DNA of 63,147 nucleotides, filler included, from Phoronis australis (taxonomy: Eukaryota; Animalia; Phoronida), in assembly GCA_002633005.1 (NCBI GenBank). It is 5 parts of 5 records of this genome, joined end to end, with 100 filler letters (N's around TTAATTAATTAA, not from the genome) between each part and the next. Parts side by side here need not be neighbours in the genome. Positions count along the whole stretch, not along the records: positions 1 to 25,610 come from NMRA01001342.1; 4 more parts are not named here. The stretch is one strand, 5' to 3'. Both the position numbers and the translations under genes were made by a program. The notes beneath the pieces are model-generated. The model ran no database searches and was not told where the DNA came from. It saw only the letters and a list, made by a program, of their open reading frames with translations. Shown in pieces: positions 12,801 to 25,444 of the stretch (position 1 is the stretch's first letter; each line of letters begins with the position of its first letter).

Positions 12801-15800
12801 CGTTAGGTTAAAAGGGCATAGTCACTCAAAATCACTACACATGCCAAAATACCTGTACATCAAATAAAACGTTCTATAGATAGACCGAAAAGTGACGACA
12901 TTCAATGATAAACAATAATTAAGATAATGATGAGTACGTTGAATGTAATGATAATTGTGATGGTGATCATTGTTATTCGGGGATCGGAATGTGACAAATG
13001 AAGGCGTATGAGAATTGCAAAAACTCAGTCAAATCCACTCCCCCAGTCGCCACAATTTTATTTCACCTTCGTCACCAATTTCAAGCTTCTTCTTCTTCTT
13101 CTAAATCTTTGTATTTTCTATTGGCAAGGTTCTTATTGTGGGTGAATATAATGCAATACTGGGAAAACAAAAAATAACAAAAATTATGTCATAAAGAAGT
13201 TGACGCACCTAAGGAATACCAGTACGAACGCACGCCGGTGGTCAAACTTGGCAAAGACTCTTCCAGATCCACAAAACTATTCCAGTCTACCGTGACGTAA
13301 GCATTAGTTGTCAAAAACCCATTAACTGCGTTTGTGACAATTACTTCACCAGGTATAGGACTGTTTGTGTCAACTATAAATCCATTGCTGCATAGGTGTT
13401 CTGTTGTATCCTCTACGCCGTAAAAAACCGGTTTCCTTGGGAACTGTGCATGGACGCATATGAAGTATTTGACGCCATGTAATAATTTGATGTTTGGTAT
13501 CAACACGTTGTTTTTCGAGTTCTTCAGAAACGCAATGCACGAAGGGTTACTGGAACAGTTTATAAAATGGTCTGGAATGGTTGCCACAGACCACGTATAT
13601 TCAGAGAAAAGTTTTCCAGTAAGAAGAGCAGTGGCGCTGTCCGTTATATTTGTGAAGTCTAGTTCCGACCTGTGGAGGTCTTTCAACGTTTTCGTTTGGA
13701 CACTTGACGCGTGCGCTACTCCAGCAAATCTTTTAATGTCTTTATAACAGAGATCGTGTACTGCTTTATCGAGGGCTGTAGTTGTCGCTGATTCAAATTC
13801 AACCTTTTTTACCACCACGGAATAAACATTCGATAGTGACTGTCCTCTCAGAAGAACGTACATGCGTTGTAGCCTGTGATGGTTCCAGTGAAAATTGGCA
13901 GTGTCCTAAAACACAAAAGAATGAATCAAGAGTGCCGAATGAGTCTTTTAACAATTTGAATTACGCGTAATAACGACAAATTTTTAATGACTCACCTGAG
14001 TGCTATTATAAACAGCAATCCAATAGTTTCCAACGTCTTTCATTTTGTAACTGGGCGAAAGAGTCCACTCATATCTAATCACTTCTTTATTCGTGATCCC
14101 GTGATCTACTCGAAAATTTTGCCACCGGATTGAAACCTCCGCTGTGTAATTACCGGAAGTTCCTGATAAGTAGACATTTGTAAAAATATCACCAGACGTA
14201 GGAATGCTTGGGGTAACAATTACACCGTTTGAAATTGACGGTGACATGCACACCTGATGGAAACACGGGCGAACGTGTAATCTGTATCTGTTTCCGGGAG
14301 CGAGGTTCAGGTTATGGAAAGTGGATCTGTGTTCCCTTTGTACTTTCCAAGGCAGTAAGTCACCCACACTAACACACGAAGGCGAGCACGCTTCTATCGA
14401 CACTTTGCTTTCGTAGTGTGTGACATGTTTTTTAATATCTATGGGAAAATTCCAGTACCCTGAAATCATTGTTGTATCGGACTGGTAATCAAGGTCTATC
14501 TGACACACCATAAGTTTGACAGAAATCACCACCAGTGTAGTTTTTGCGTGATTGACGACATCAAAAACGTATTCTTGATTTTTCCACTCGAAAGTAAAAA
14601 GCACGCGGTGCGTAGAGTTGTCGGAATCAAAATGCATCGTCTTAGCTGATTCGCCGTTTTGAGTCACCGTCACATTTGAAAGATTTCCATGACTTGAGAG
14701 CTTAATGGTGAAATACGAACCAAAGAAAGGAACGATTCCAGAAAATTGAAAGGAAAATTTTGATTTCGGGTTAATGGAAAACCCGTTTAAACTCTCAAGG
14801 ACTCTTGATTCGTCGCAACCGATACCGTCGAAAACGGCCACAGACATCTGGGACATGGAACCACTAAATACCATCGCGCCGTCGGAGGAAACAGTCACAG
14901 GAAGCGACTGAGCTTGGTCAAGGCTTGCCATCACAGTCGCATAAGTTTTTGTGAAGTCTGGCATCTTTGGCAGGAAGAAACATGCAAAGTTATCTCCAAA
15001 AATAGTGGCGTTCTGAATGGGTGTAAAATCCATGATGTCTGTGCAGTTGTCTGAAGTTCCCAAACCAACAGAGTAATGAATACGGCCATTATGTGTGTGG
15101 AATCCTGCCCACGCCACGCAGAATCTGTTCCCCTCTACATAATCAACATCATTCAGCGTGCCAATTACAGGGCCAGGACTAATGTCATAAACAACCCCGG
15201 CAGTCGGGCGTAAAGCTGACGATATTTGAAATGGAGGCGCTTTAAAGACACTGTAAAGCCCTGCTTTGTTAAACACTTTCAAGGCTACAGTGTAGGTACT
15301 TCCAAATCCATCATCAGCATCCTGAAGAGGTCGCTTTTCAATTTCAATTCCAACTCTCCCTTGGCAACAGATGGTTTTTGGTGTAAATGCTTTGAAATGA
15401 GCGACGGCTTGGTTGTGTTCGTCAGTTCCTGCAACAAGTCATTGTTGTCTGTGAAGACTCCATCAAATGGGAATTAGGTAAAATTAATACAGTATATGTA
15501 CACGGTTAGGAACTTGCACTTATTAGTGAAGCTGCGCCTTCATTGTGAATCATATCCGATTATGTGTGAAAAACTTGAATAAACCATATAAGAGCGAAAC
15601 TTGCGTTAACCGTTTGTTAATGCCAGACATTGGTTTGTTCACAGGAAAAGTGAAAAGTACTCAAGAACGATAGGAGTTACGTACTAGAAGACTACAAGTT
15701 GGGTACGCATAAAGTTTCGAGCTTGCTGCTCATGCCCTTGTTCACGACTGATCTTCTCGCCGTTGTTGAACCTTAAGTAACACCTTGTCTGAACGGCGGG

Positions 15801-18800
15801 AAAGTCTGTCACGTGAACAAGGGCCTAAACTACAGGCTCGAAACTTTATGCGCACCTAGCTTATAGTAAGTAACTTCTATAGTTTTTACCATCTTCACAC
15901 AAGGCAACGATGATTTATGAACACTTTTAACTTAAAATTACTAGGACGGAAAAAGAAAACAAACACTGACCCATTCCAAGACATAAGCGCAAGCAAATAA
16001 TAAATACTTGCCTCTTTAAGTGAAACTTAATGCGCATGCGCCTACATGCGAAACATCTGAGCGAACATTCTTTGGAAAACGCACATTTCAGTCGCTTATG
16101 TGTGGTATTGATATCATCAAACGAAAATTGATGTTCAAGGAAGATTGCATAGCAACAGATTCAAGGGACTCTTTTATACTCTTTCTGTAATTTATACCTT
16201 GATTTTACGGATAGATTTAAATCCCACTTAATATAAATGTACACCAGCCTTAATCACCAATTTTATGTTTGATGGCAACCATGGGCAAAGTACCTACAAG
16301 TACAATGACCCTACTTTGACACTGAGTGGGGGGAGGGTGCCAATTTGAAATGAGTACCCTTGCCATGGTAACCAGGTAGTTTGCCAGTCGAAATGAAGAA
16401 TGTCAGCATTGCTGGCAAATTCATGTTAGAAGTAGGGAACCAGCTTGCCAAGAATATTTGAATTGGTCCTTTTGAAATTTAAAGCGTACTGCTTATCTGA
16501 ACCAAATATCGGTAACCAAGTATTTTCGCAATCACGATAACGAGTTTTAGGCGTAATGGCAGTCGTGTTTGAAGACAGGCAACCAAGTTCAAATCATTTT
16601 AGTGACTTTCCCCAAAAGGTAGACGAGTGTCAACGTTGCACGTGCAAGCTTGACACTTCCCTAAATAGAATTATGAAAACGTTATAAAGTTTGATGATCT
16701 TTATATGTGAGCTTTGCAGCCCCCGTCATTTTGAGTGATTGCGATACGTGTTGCGTGCTTCTAAAATGACTCATAGCAAAGCTTTATCTAAAAGACACCA
16801 AGGTTGACCTTCTGACCATATGAACGATTTCATTCAAACTCTTGTTTATTATACGTACCAATTGCTATCTGATACTCTCCAATGCCGTCTGAATACTCCT
16901 CATCGTAAAATGAACCATCAGCCCAGGATACAACAATGGGGTCACCATGTTTGAAGCCCATGTCAACTTGCAAAGTACCAACCATCCGAGGGGGTGTCTC
17001 ATCCACCAGAATAGGTCCAAATGAGAGCTGGCTGTGAAGTCCAGACTCGCTAATGACAATCATTTGAACGGATATTTCGTTACCTTCGTCCAGTCCAGAA
17101 AATATTTCAGTAAAAAAATTTGCCCCACGCGTAGATTTCATTCCGGAGAGGTCGGTGCTGACGCCAATTCTGTAGTCGTGAATTGGTGACGAATTGGATG
17201 TTTTCCATTGAAGACGAATGTGGTCCGTAGTTATGAACTTTGGCAACGACTCGTTGTAAAGGGAATTGAGCTTACATATATCTTCACTTGTCTCCCTGTC
17301 CATTGCTGATCCATTGGTTGATGATGGGATAACAGGAATGAGATTGATGTCGACCTGCACTTTGTCTGAACATTTCATCCGACATGCAGTGACTGGTGAC
17401 AATCGCATTCTCGTGAAATTACGAAAAACAAACCAAATTTCACGTTCACTGATGTTAGTGCAAATAATCCCTTCATGGACACGTAAACCATTCAAATAGA
17501 TGTCTCTGAATTTAGGTAGTACGCTGTCCACCTGTACACCATCAGAGCACGCAGGCTCTGATGGTTCGTTGGCACTGTTATATGCTACAACACTTAGGTA
17601 GTATTTACCATCTTTGTTGGCAACACCAGTACCATGTGAAACTGTTGAGTTTTTACCAACTAAGCCTAATTCTTGTTTCGAGAGGCAGCGGTCAGCAAAA
17701 GCATATTTGTAGTATGAAATTCCACTTTCGTGGTCATAAAAGCCATGCCAGATGCCAGACAGTGTCATGTCACTCTGGTAGTCGACATCTGGTTGGGCAT
17801 CTAAGTTCCCGTCACGAGCGACTCCTGTGGTTGGCGGTGACGCATCTATTAGAATTTTGACCGAGTACGGCGCAGTTGCTAAAAGAGCGTTGTTCCTTGC
17901 AATAAGCGTTATGAAGTACTCGCGGTTGTGATTTCCCTTATGTTTTCTTGCCTCAAATAGGTGGTTAAGGTCAATAGAGTAGTTCAAATACTCGCATTCC
18001 GCACCAACGACTGTAGGACAATACTTATTTTCACCATTATCGGGTGCCTAGATGAATGCAACAGCTTAAATTAGTGTACGCAAAATTCCACAAATATTAC
18101 ACTAGCGGTGCTAATGGGAAAATGAAAAGTAACGACAGAATCAAAGTTCCTAGCAATAGGTTACAGTTTGCGTAACGGTTATGAGGCTTTGACCAAACCT
18201 AAAAGACAAAACATTCTGTCCTACGTCCATTAACCTACAGCAATGCCAAGGGAACTATTGCTACATTTATTGGAACAATTCGAATCAGAATCGCGCTCAG
18301 GGCTGTTAACACAAACGCACATATGTGAGCAAAACCACCAAATGCAAACCCCGTTAGATAATGAACAATTTGTTCAATGTACGGGAAAAATTGAGGCCAG
18401 CATGCGGTATCGCAATTATGCAATCGGTTTCCAAACCACCAACTGTCACGTTTTACCAAAGGAAAGTAATAATCAAAGCACGACCGTTTGCACAGCCTTT
18501 CGAAATACACATTGATACAACTTTTGTTTCTATAGCGTTTGTTTTGTTGGGTTGCAGAAAATGTCGCAACTTCAAAAACTAAAGTGATCGTTAAATTACA
18601 ACAGTTTGTTCAGACCCTTCAAAACAGAAAACTTGCCATAAAATTAAAACGCAATTGGGCAAAATGACTAGTTGCGGAAGTCTTCACAGTCTTGACAGTT
18701 TGTTGCCTTACACTACTTTGTCGAATATAGGTATAAAGCCTACTTAACAAAAGTCGGAACAAGGTCTACCAAGCATATTACCTTCATTTTAAATGCAAGG

Positions 18801-21800
18801 TAGATAAATGGATACGATCAGTATCAGGTGTAGAAAAAGTACAATTTGTTAGTACAATACGTGAATTAAATATTTGTACGAAACAAGCCCTAAAATACGT
18901 GGGAACTTACAGACTTCACCGGAAGAGAACCTTCGCTTATATCGGCAGCATCTCGAGATGTACCCAACTTCCATTTAACATCGTGCAAACCGCTGTGAGC
19001 ATCCATCGCTTCGAAGACGAACTTCATGGTTGACAAATCAGTTTCGAAGTGAACAAAGAGCTCTCGAAGACCGTTATTTGTAACTCCGACGCTCGAAAAC
19101 AATGGGGGCGTGGAATCGACTTTGAGAAACACGGTGTCGTTTTTAGTGTTGCCCATTATGTCTTTGGCTTGAATCATTATTTCATAACTATCGCCGTCCT
19201 GCATTGCATTGTCTGTATTGTGTGTGATCATCGTCTGTAAAGGACTGGGTAGACTTATAAGGTTGTTGATAGACTTTGGTATCGACACAATGGCGTACTT
19301 GAACTCTACAATTCCATCAACATTAGGCGTACCTGTTACTGGAAGGACACCTGTACCTTGATCATATATGCCAGTCAAAACTACGGAAGAATTGCTAGCA
19401 ATAGGTTTCAACATGTTGCTGTGTACGTGGAAAGTATTGTGAAATCGTCTCGTCCACTTAACAGTCAAGGGGCCGTGTGTTGTTTGCCAAGCAAAGTCCG
19501 TATTAGGATCTGCGGTGGTTACGACAATTTTGTGCGCTTGAGAAATTTCAACTGTGGAGTTTGGATCACAAAGAACAAAACGTCTTGCGTGTTTGACGTT
19601 GCCGACCTTGTCCACTACGTCCACATATACAGCATAAAGTCCTTGTGAAGGCAATGTAAGCTGTAGAGAACCGTGTGTTCTGTTTGTCTTTTGTGAGACC
19701 CCTTCTTTACTGCCGATTTGGTTGACATAACGGGTCTTTTTAACTACTGTGTATACATTGAATTCCAGATGATCAATGCCGGATGCTAACTCATGATTTC
19801 CAGAAGTCGGTATTGGATCTAACCATCCGCCAAACGTCACTGTTATTGCCGGATTTCTAGTTATACGTGGGATTACGTCGATAGGGTAAGATGATCCAGG
19901 AGCACAGCTATGGCTTTCCGAACAATGTATCGGGGCTGCGCTGTCATATGTCATACAAACAGTTTTGTTGGTCCGGGTGGATTTGAAATATTTTCTTGTT
20001 GAGTTGACTGACCCTGTTACCAGATTTTTCGTCAACAAATAGCCACCTCCCTCAACCTGATAGTCGACGCAATATCTTTAAGGAATGAATGAAACTGCTC
20101 TTTAGAAGTGCATCTGACATACATAATCAATCTGTTCAATGCAATTTAAGTTGGTACTAACGCAGAAACCTGACTTCACGAACATCAAAGATTTGAAGTA
20201 CCAGTGAAACAAAATATCGGGTTAATTAATAAGCGTATTGCAATGGTTATTAAGACATTGCTAGCACTCTCATGGGCTCCGGAACTGATAGCCACAAAGC
20301 TGCCGGGAGTCATTTTAAAGACTCCCGGCAGCTGTAGATACAAAGGCATAGTTGTCTCTGTGACATTTGTGCCCTATCTTGTTGATTTCTCACATTTTGC
20401 AGAACGTTTACCAGAGACAAAATTAAATAAGGCAGGGACATTTTTACTTAACTCAAACAAGCCTCGTAAGGAAGGGCTAGCGGCATTCAAGTCAGTGATC
20501 GAGAAGTTTGCCTTTTTCAATCTTCAGTGGTCAAAACAAACATGGACATGTCATCATAATCTAGCGTGTCACCAGGTGGAATAGAATTTCGGATGCGACA
20601 CCTCGTCAACCGCGACAAGCCGCCAGGTAGTAAAGACTTGACTGCAACGTAGTCGATGTACGGCCATGCAGCACTTAACCCGAATGATAGCTCACTCGCG
20701 TAGCTTGTCACGTGTCAAGTTTGGAACTGACGTGCGCTTGCAAGGGTACACGCAGTAGCGGACCTAGGATATCATAGGGGGGAGGCAACAGTTTGTCTCA
20801 GAGAACCGCGCAACGCCACCCTAAAATATAGGGCGGCTCAAAAAGATATAATAAAAAATAAAAAACAGGAAACCGATTGCGGTGACACTTCCAATAGGAC
20901 CGAGTCACCCCACATGCGCACGCCCAAACTTGTTTCAGCTGCATGTTAATTACCGGAGTTAGTTAAGGAACACAATATTTCCTCACGCTCTGGCTGTTTT
21001 TTTCTTGCAGCCAACTTACCTCCCTAATTCCGCCTATGACACGCATTGTACCCCTTTACGTGCATTCACTATTTAATCTCCTACATTGTACCTTTCTTGA
21101 TTTTTCTAAGTTGCGTTTATGAAATTGTCTCAGATATGCCTTTAGGTACACATTATCCGTTTTTTACAGATTTTCAAACATAATGCCCTGTAGTTTTCAT
21201 AAAAGAACAATCAGTTTCATTTCAATCTTCAAATTTCTTCATATTCACCAAAATTCTCTTTTTCATCAATTTTGAGCCCGGACAACGTATACGAGCGCGT
21301 TCAGGGTTTTCCTGACTTAGTCGCCGAAAGTTTGACGTGGAAAAAGAAGAACATTATCTTGCCTCATCGTTGTTTTAGACTGGACGCTCAGAGCACTTAG
21401 GATGGATGAACAAATACCAACATCTAAACAAACGAGCACTCTCCAGTATGTACAAACATTGATCTCCGCCTATGTCTCCACTTCGTAAGGTGCCGGTCAA
21501 AACTGATTCAAAATGAATAGTCGTGCCACACTAAGCACTGAGTGAATCCTCATGGCGAACAAACTGCACTTTGTAAAGTTCCCCCCAGAAAATCAAAAAC
21601 GAAGGCTCCGAAAAACATTCGAGGCGTCACGAGATGAAGTCTGTGATATCATACTTATCAATAATGCGTGTAATTGCAAGCCAATGAACATCAAGTCTTG
21701 GATGATCAATGACACATGTTACAAGCACGAAAATATTGGAGACTTTAGTTATTACATACTTATCCACGAACCGAGATCTCCGTAACCCACAGACACGAGT

Positions 21801-24800
21801 TTTTGCACAAAACTTACACCTGTTTTAGATTTTGACAACCGAGTTTTTCGGGTTCTTTATTAGGCATTTTGGCGCGAAAATTAGCTGCCACTTATCAAAA
21901 AATTTCAACATTTTTAATGAATGTTGAGGTCCCAGTCTCTGCTCACGTAAATGTTTTTCTCCCTTCGTCAACTGATATTTTGGTGCTTTTATATCACATT
22001 TTTCACTTTGACTTTACTTGTAAGCTTAGTGGAGTGCACGCAGTGTTTCATATACTTGTTGTGTACATTTTGGATACTTAGTGAGACATTATCTGCACAT
22101 CCCCATTCTGGGCTACGCACCGTGAAATTCCCGATTGGCATCGTATGCCGCTGTCTAGTCTAACCATATTTGTCTCAGATATCAATGCCAAATGATTTCT
22201 TGACATATTGATTATATTAACTATCCGAAGACCAATAATTGTTTGTTCATATATCTGTGGAGAGAAACGGGCACTTGTCAGCAAAAGTTCAATTGCAGAA
22301 GAAGAAACAACTTTACTGAGAAAATTCCACAATCGGGGTATGTTTTCACTGTACTCAACCTAACTTTTTGTCATATTTTGATAGCGAGGAGCCCCCGGGG
22401 CTACGGTAATCTAGCGTTTTAGCAGTGTGATTAGCCCTCGTTTTTATATCAGAGTCACACAGAAATAGATGCGACACAAGTGTCTGGTAATCTGTCTGAT
22501 AATCTTTTCAACAACATCCCAAAAGCGATTCATCATTTTCACATATTCATACCATCCGGTAATATCTAGAGAGCAATTTCGTGTCCCGGCTAATAGTAGC
22601 TGTTTGTTTAACATCGATTTCAACCGGAGAGTCATTTATTTCAAAATTTAAAAAAATTATAAGGTTGGGAGTTTTGTGATTCTTGTCGTTCTCCACCTCG
22701 CGTATTTTGGCGTATTCCATGTTCTGAATCACATGGAATTGTTCTTGTACTTTGAATGTTGAAAAACCTCAATTAGGAAGCTCATTTTTAATCTCTTGCG
22801 GGCCCTTTCTAGACGTTTTTTTCTGTAATGGGCCATTCGGTGCTCAGTGTGATATAATTGTTGATTTTAGATCACTTTAGCCAAAATTTAAACCAAAATT
22901 CAAGTTCTCAGGAACATTCCATTGGTGAGATAATTGGGAGCTTCTTCTGGGCCAACTCAGTGAATTCTCCGTCGTATGCTATTTAGTGGTCAGTGGCATA
23001 TACAACAGTGTTAAATCATGAAGATTTTTTTGGTTCATCGATTCATTGTAAATCAGTTCCGATCGGTCTCTCGAATGCGTTATGTAGCTCACAAACTGAA
23101 AAATAAAACGCTTGTGACATGTTTCTGGCGGCCATACCCAGAGTGCGTTTTTGGTAGGACGTCATTCTTGAACTTCTGCTATGTCCTTTCCAGAATGCAA
23201 TTTTTTCTGTCATAGGTCATTCGGTGATCAATGTAACACTTCAACAGCATTCTTTAAATGAGGTGTCAGGGTTTTTTGGCAGGTCCACCCCATTATAAGT
23301 TATCTGCCATAGGTCATTTAGTAACCAGTGACATATTCTGAACCATCTGAAATGTTGTAGTGATACCTCGAATGTTTGAGGTAGCTCAATTTTTGGGCGG
23401 GACCCTCCAAAAGTGCACTGGTCTGTAAATAATGCGTACCTTCTAAAGGATCCTATTATCAGGTGCTGGTACCTCTTTTATCTATGCTAATTAGCCTGAG
23501 CTGCATGTCTACCTACACGCCAACGGAAACGGCATATCTAGATGACAAATGAGGACTGCGCCGCTCAGAATATACACAGCATGAACTCATGACAAACCCT
23601 TTCCTGTGATTTCGCGAAACACCAACGTGAGGAACGCACACCACTAGCTCACAATTAATGGCAAGCCATTCTACTCATTTACGATCTGGCGTACCCACTC
23701 TCCTAAACTGTAGTGACATTGCCTTAGAAAACAACTAGAGACAGAAAGATCTTATCAACGACTTATCTCGTTCATCATCCGATAGTTTGCTCAAGGCCCA
23801 TGAATCCAGTTGACATCACAAAATCATAACTCTGAATTAAGATTCTCAGTAACACGTTAGAATATGTGATCATGTTAAGGTCGTTACGACTTATTTAGCC
23901 TGATCAACCAAGTGCAAAGATCTGGTTCGCAGCCTGCTCACATACAGTACAACAACTAAAACCGGACTTTCGAGGTGTCCCTGTTTACCGCAAACATGGT
24001 ACTCGCCCTTCTGAGTAGTTCAATTGTTTACCAGACGTGATGCGTTATCTCATGGTCGCCACTATCGCCGTGGTGGACTGCTTGCCGTACGTTTTATGCG
24101 ACAGGGTTTACTGAATTTCTCTAGGTTTTCCTCGAAGGATCGCTTGGTTCCGGAATTAGCTACATCGTGTTTATTCATTTGCGTCAATGACATCTAGGCA
24201 AACGCCGTTCTTTGATGCGCTATCATCCAACTCATTTTAACCTCATTCGCACCATGGCCATTTTCCGAGTCAATCCCGTGTCTAACACCTATGTACTCTA
24301 GAACTATAAACTGTTAACGTCATTTGGAGTGCGTCTAACTGCTTGAGTCAGGAACCAAGGCAACAACCCCATTACAGAATGAGATGGTGCCGAACTGGTG
24401 AACGAGTTGATGCACAAAGAGCGTGAAGGTGGTCCAGTGACTAAGCTAAATTTGATTGTAGCCATATGTCTTCATACCCGTGGTTTGTCGTCAGAGAGTC
24501 ACCCACAGAGCAAAAGAATACACAGGGACGCCAGCGGTATCGTTTGCCCTGTTTAGGTGCAGGCGACTATACCTTTACGCGGACGATGACAAGACAATTG
24601 ACAAGGGCTCATAAAGGATGCTGAGTTATATCTTTCAGAAACGACTGGTGCTAAACGTGGGCAATTGTTGCGTTGAGACCAAAATGTTCTGTTGATAATG
24701 ACGAAAGCCAACTCTCTCCTCCAGTTTGAACGCTGGATTGCCACCGACGAACCATATTTCGATACATGTACCAAAGCCCATTCTCGACCATAACGGCTCA

Positions 24801-25444
24801 TTGGTTTGCATTGTGTCTACATAATACACAAACTACTACATAATTATGCCAAGCTGTAACACACTTGGGGGAACTTCTTGCCAGGATCATTTGGCAATTT
24901 AGTAGAGCATGTGTTGTAATATCGTTACATTTCTGTGAAACTTTAAGCGCAGTTAAATGTGATGTTATTCCACCTAGCCTCTAAGTGATTATTTCGAAAT
25001 GGAGTTGAGAGGTTCGTTGTTGCGACTTCAACAATATGCCGCCGTTGAGAAGACCATATACCCCGACAGACTTCTGGGAAATGCAGGTCCTAAAATTTAT
25101 CTGATATGGAGCCTGAAATAGCCTGAAATAAGGAGCGCGGTAAATATAAGATTTCTCGGTTGCTCAGAGCAACGAGGTGGCCTCAGTGTACATGTACGTG
25201 CTACTTCGAGAAACAAATTAGACCTCTTGCATTACCATCAAGTGCATCAAATTGACATTATATAACAGCCAAATTCAACAGCCAACAAATATCTCTTACT
25301 TGTATCCATTCTGCAGATACGGACCCTCAAATAACACCCTGTCTTTACATGTCACTGATGATGTCTGCGCGGTACTTCCTGAAAAAGCGTGCGTGCATTG
25401 GTTTCTATCCAACTGTCTTCTTACCCCTTTGTGCACTGGTGAGC
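3613..25444 (-). CDS. Giant fibronectin type III/Ig-like repeat protein (uncharacterised invertebrate family), 5'-partial, 13 exons, >3,030 aa
   Basis: Exons in transcript order: 25444-25300, 20075-18911, 18047-16859, 15428-13996, 13905-13209, 12714-12598, 12172-11862, 11146-10891, 9962-9776, 9500-7924, 7193-5973, 5040-4507, 3884-3613. All introns are GT-AG and all phases match, giving 9104 nt of uninterrupted frame. Recurrent unit D-x-(T/S)-PP-x2-G-x-V...W-x-GF-x-D-x2-SGI-x2-Y...IGT...Y-x2-V-x-A-x-N-x2-GL. Confidence 0.88.
4507..5040 (-). CDS. Giant FN3-like protein exon
   Basis: ttttcag|GA TAT ... ACA G|gtaggt; contains WSGFHD and AVNSGG repeat motifs. Confidence 0.88.
5973..7193 (-). CDS. 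Giant FN3-like protein exon
   Basis: tcaacag|AC GAT ... CTG G|gtttgt; DNEPP, DTTPP and DHSPP repeats (ORF 5965-7182). Confidence 0.9.
7924..9500 (-). CDS. Giant FN3-like protein exon
   Basis: cattttag|G AAA TAT ... GGC G|gtaagt; GFQDPQSGI, DNTPP, DSSPP, DVTPP (ORF 7913-9478). Confidence 0.92.
9776..9962 (-). CDS. Giant FN3-like protein exon
   Basis: aatttcag|CT CTG ... TCA AG|gtacac; YVATVEACNSVGLC...SDGIIIDPTPP. Confidence 0.85.
10250..10830. repeat. Intronic MITE-like element with short internal tandem subrepeats (GGTTCACTA(C/T)TTCGAA-like) in inverted arms
   Basis: Repeats such as CACTACTTCGAAGGTTCACTATTCTGAAG at left and reverse-orientation GGAGTATTGAACTTT at right. The same subrepeat family occurs at about 25950-26045. 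Confidence 0.4.
10891..11146 (-). CDS. Giant FN3-like protein exon
   Basis: ccaatag|GCT ATA AAT ... ACT T|gtgagt; AINGAGL...DSSPP...WDGFHDPHS. Confidence 0.88.
11862..12172 (-). CDS. Giant FN3-like protein exon
   Basis: gttttag|CC GAA GAC ... ATG|gtaagt; DTTPP...WQDFEDAQSGIKRY. Confidence 0.88.
12598..12714 (-). CDS. Giant FN3-like protein exon (not in ORF track)
   Basis: ctttag|GG ACC TCT ... CAA G|gtaagt; GTSPGVDNVV...NLTLVDGQEYFVNVQ. Confidence 0.85.
13209..13905 (-). CDS. Giant FN3-like protein exon
   Basis: gttttag|GAC ACT ... TTA G|gtgcgt; ORF 13189-13863. Confidence 0.88.
13996..15428 (-). CDS. Giant FN3-like protein exon
   Basis: gttgcag|GA ACT GAC ... CAG|gtgagt; ORF 13984-15282 extended upstream in frame. 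Confidence 0.9.
15650..15898. repeat. Palindromic intronic element with about 75-110 bp imperfect inverted arms, each carrying a hammerhead-like motif (Penelope-derived?)
   Basis: Left arm ACTACAAGTTGGGTACGCATAAAGTTTCGAGC...CCCTTGTTCACG...CGCCGTT mirrors right arm AACGGCG...CGTGAACAAGGG...GCTCGAAACTTTATGCGCACCTAGCTTATAGT. Confidence 0.7.
16859..18047 (-). CDS. Giant FN3-like protein exon
   Basis: catctag|GCA CCC ... ATT G|gtacgt; DASPPTTG...WHGFYDHESGI. Confidence 0.9.
18911..20075 (-). CDS. Giant FN3-like protein exon
   Basis: ccttaaag|A TAT TGC ... TCT|gtaagt; ORF 18890-20038. Confidence 0.9.
20753..21038. mobile_element. MITE with CA(G/T)..GCGGA termini and 5-bp TSD
   Basis: CAGTAGCGGA...TCCGCCTATG flanked by ACACG at 20748-20752 and 21039-21043. 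Related termini at about 32270-32305, 52292-52312/52860-52957 and 54114-54136. Confidence 0.6.
25300..25444 (-). CDS. Most 5' visible exon of the giant FN3-like protein
   Basis: ttgttcag|GC TCA ... TAC AA|gtaaga. The phase-2 end joins exon 20075 to read ...YLQNGYK-YCVDYQVEGGGY. Confidence 0.72.

Noticed and set aside
3707-19648. Many short plus-strand ORFs overlapping the giant gene
   Set aside because: Antisense shadows of the long minus-strand exons.
23580-24830. GC-richer stretches resembling decayed TE coding sequence (also 32720-33160, 38640-39170, 43600-44400)
   Set aside because: Only vague motif hints and many stops; no family can be supported by eye.
3613-25444. Bacterial contamination or recent horizontal transfer for the DxTPP repeat gene
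   Set aside because: Twelve canonical spliceosomal introns containing host repeats.
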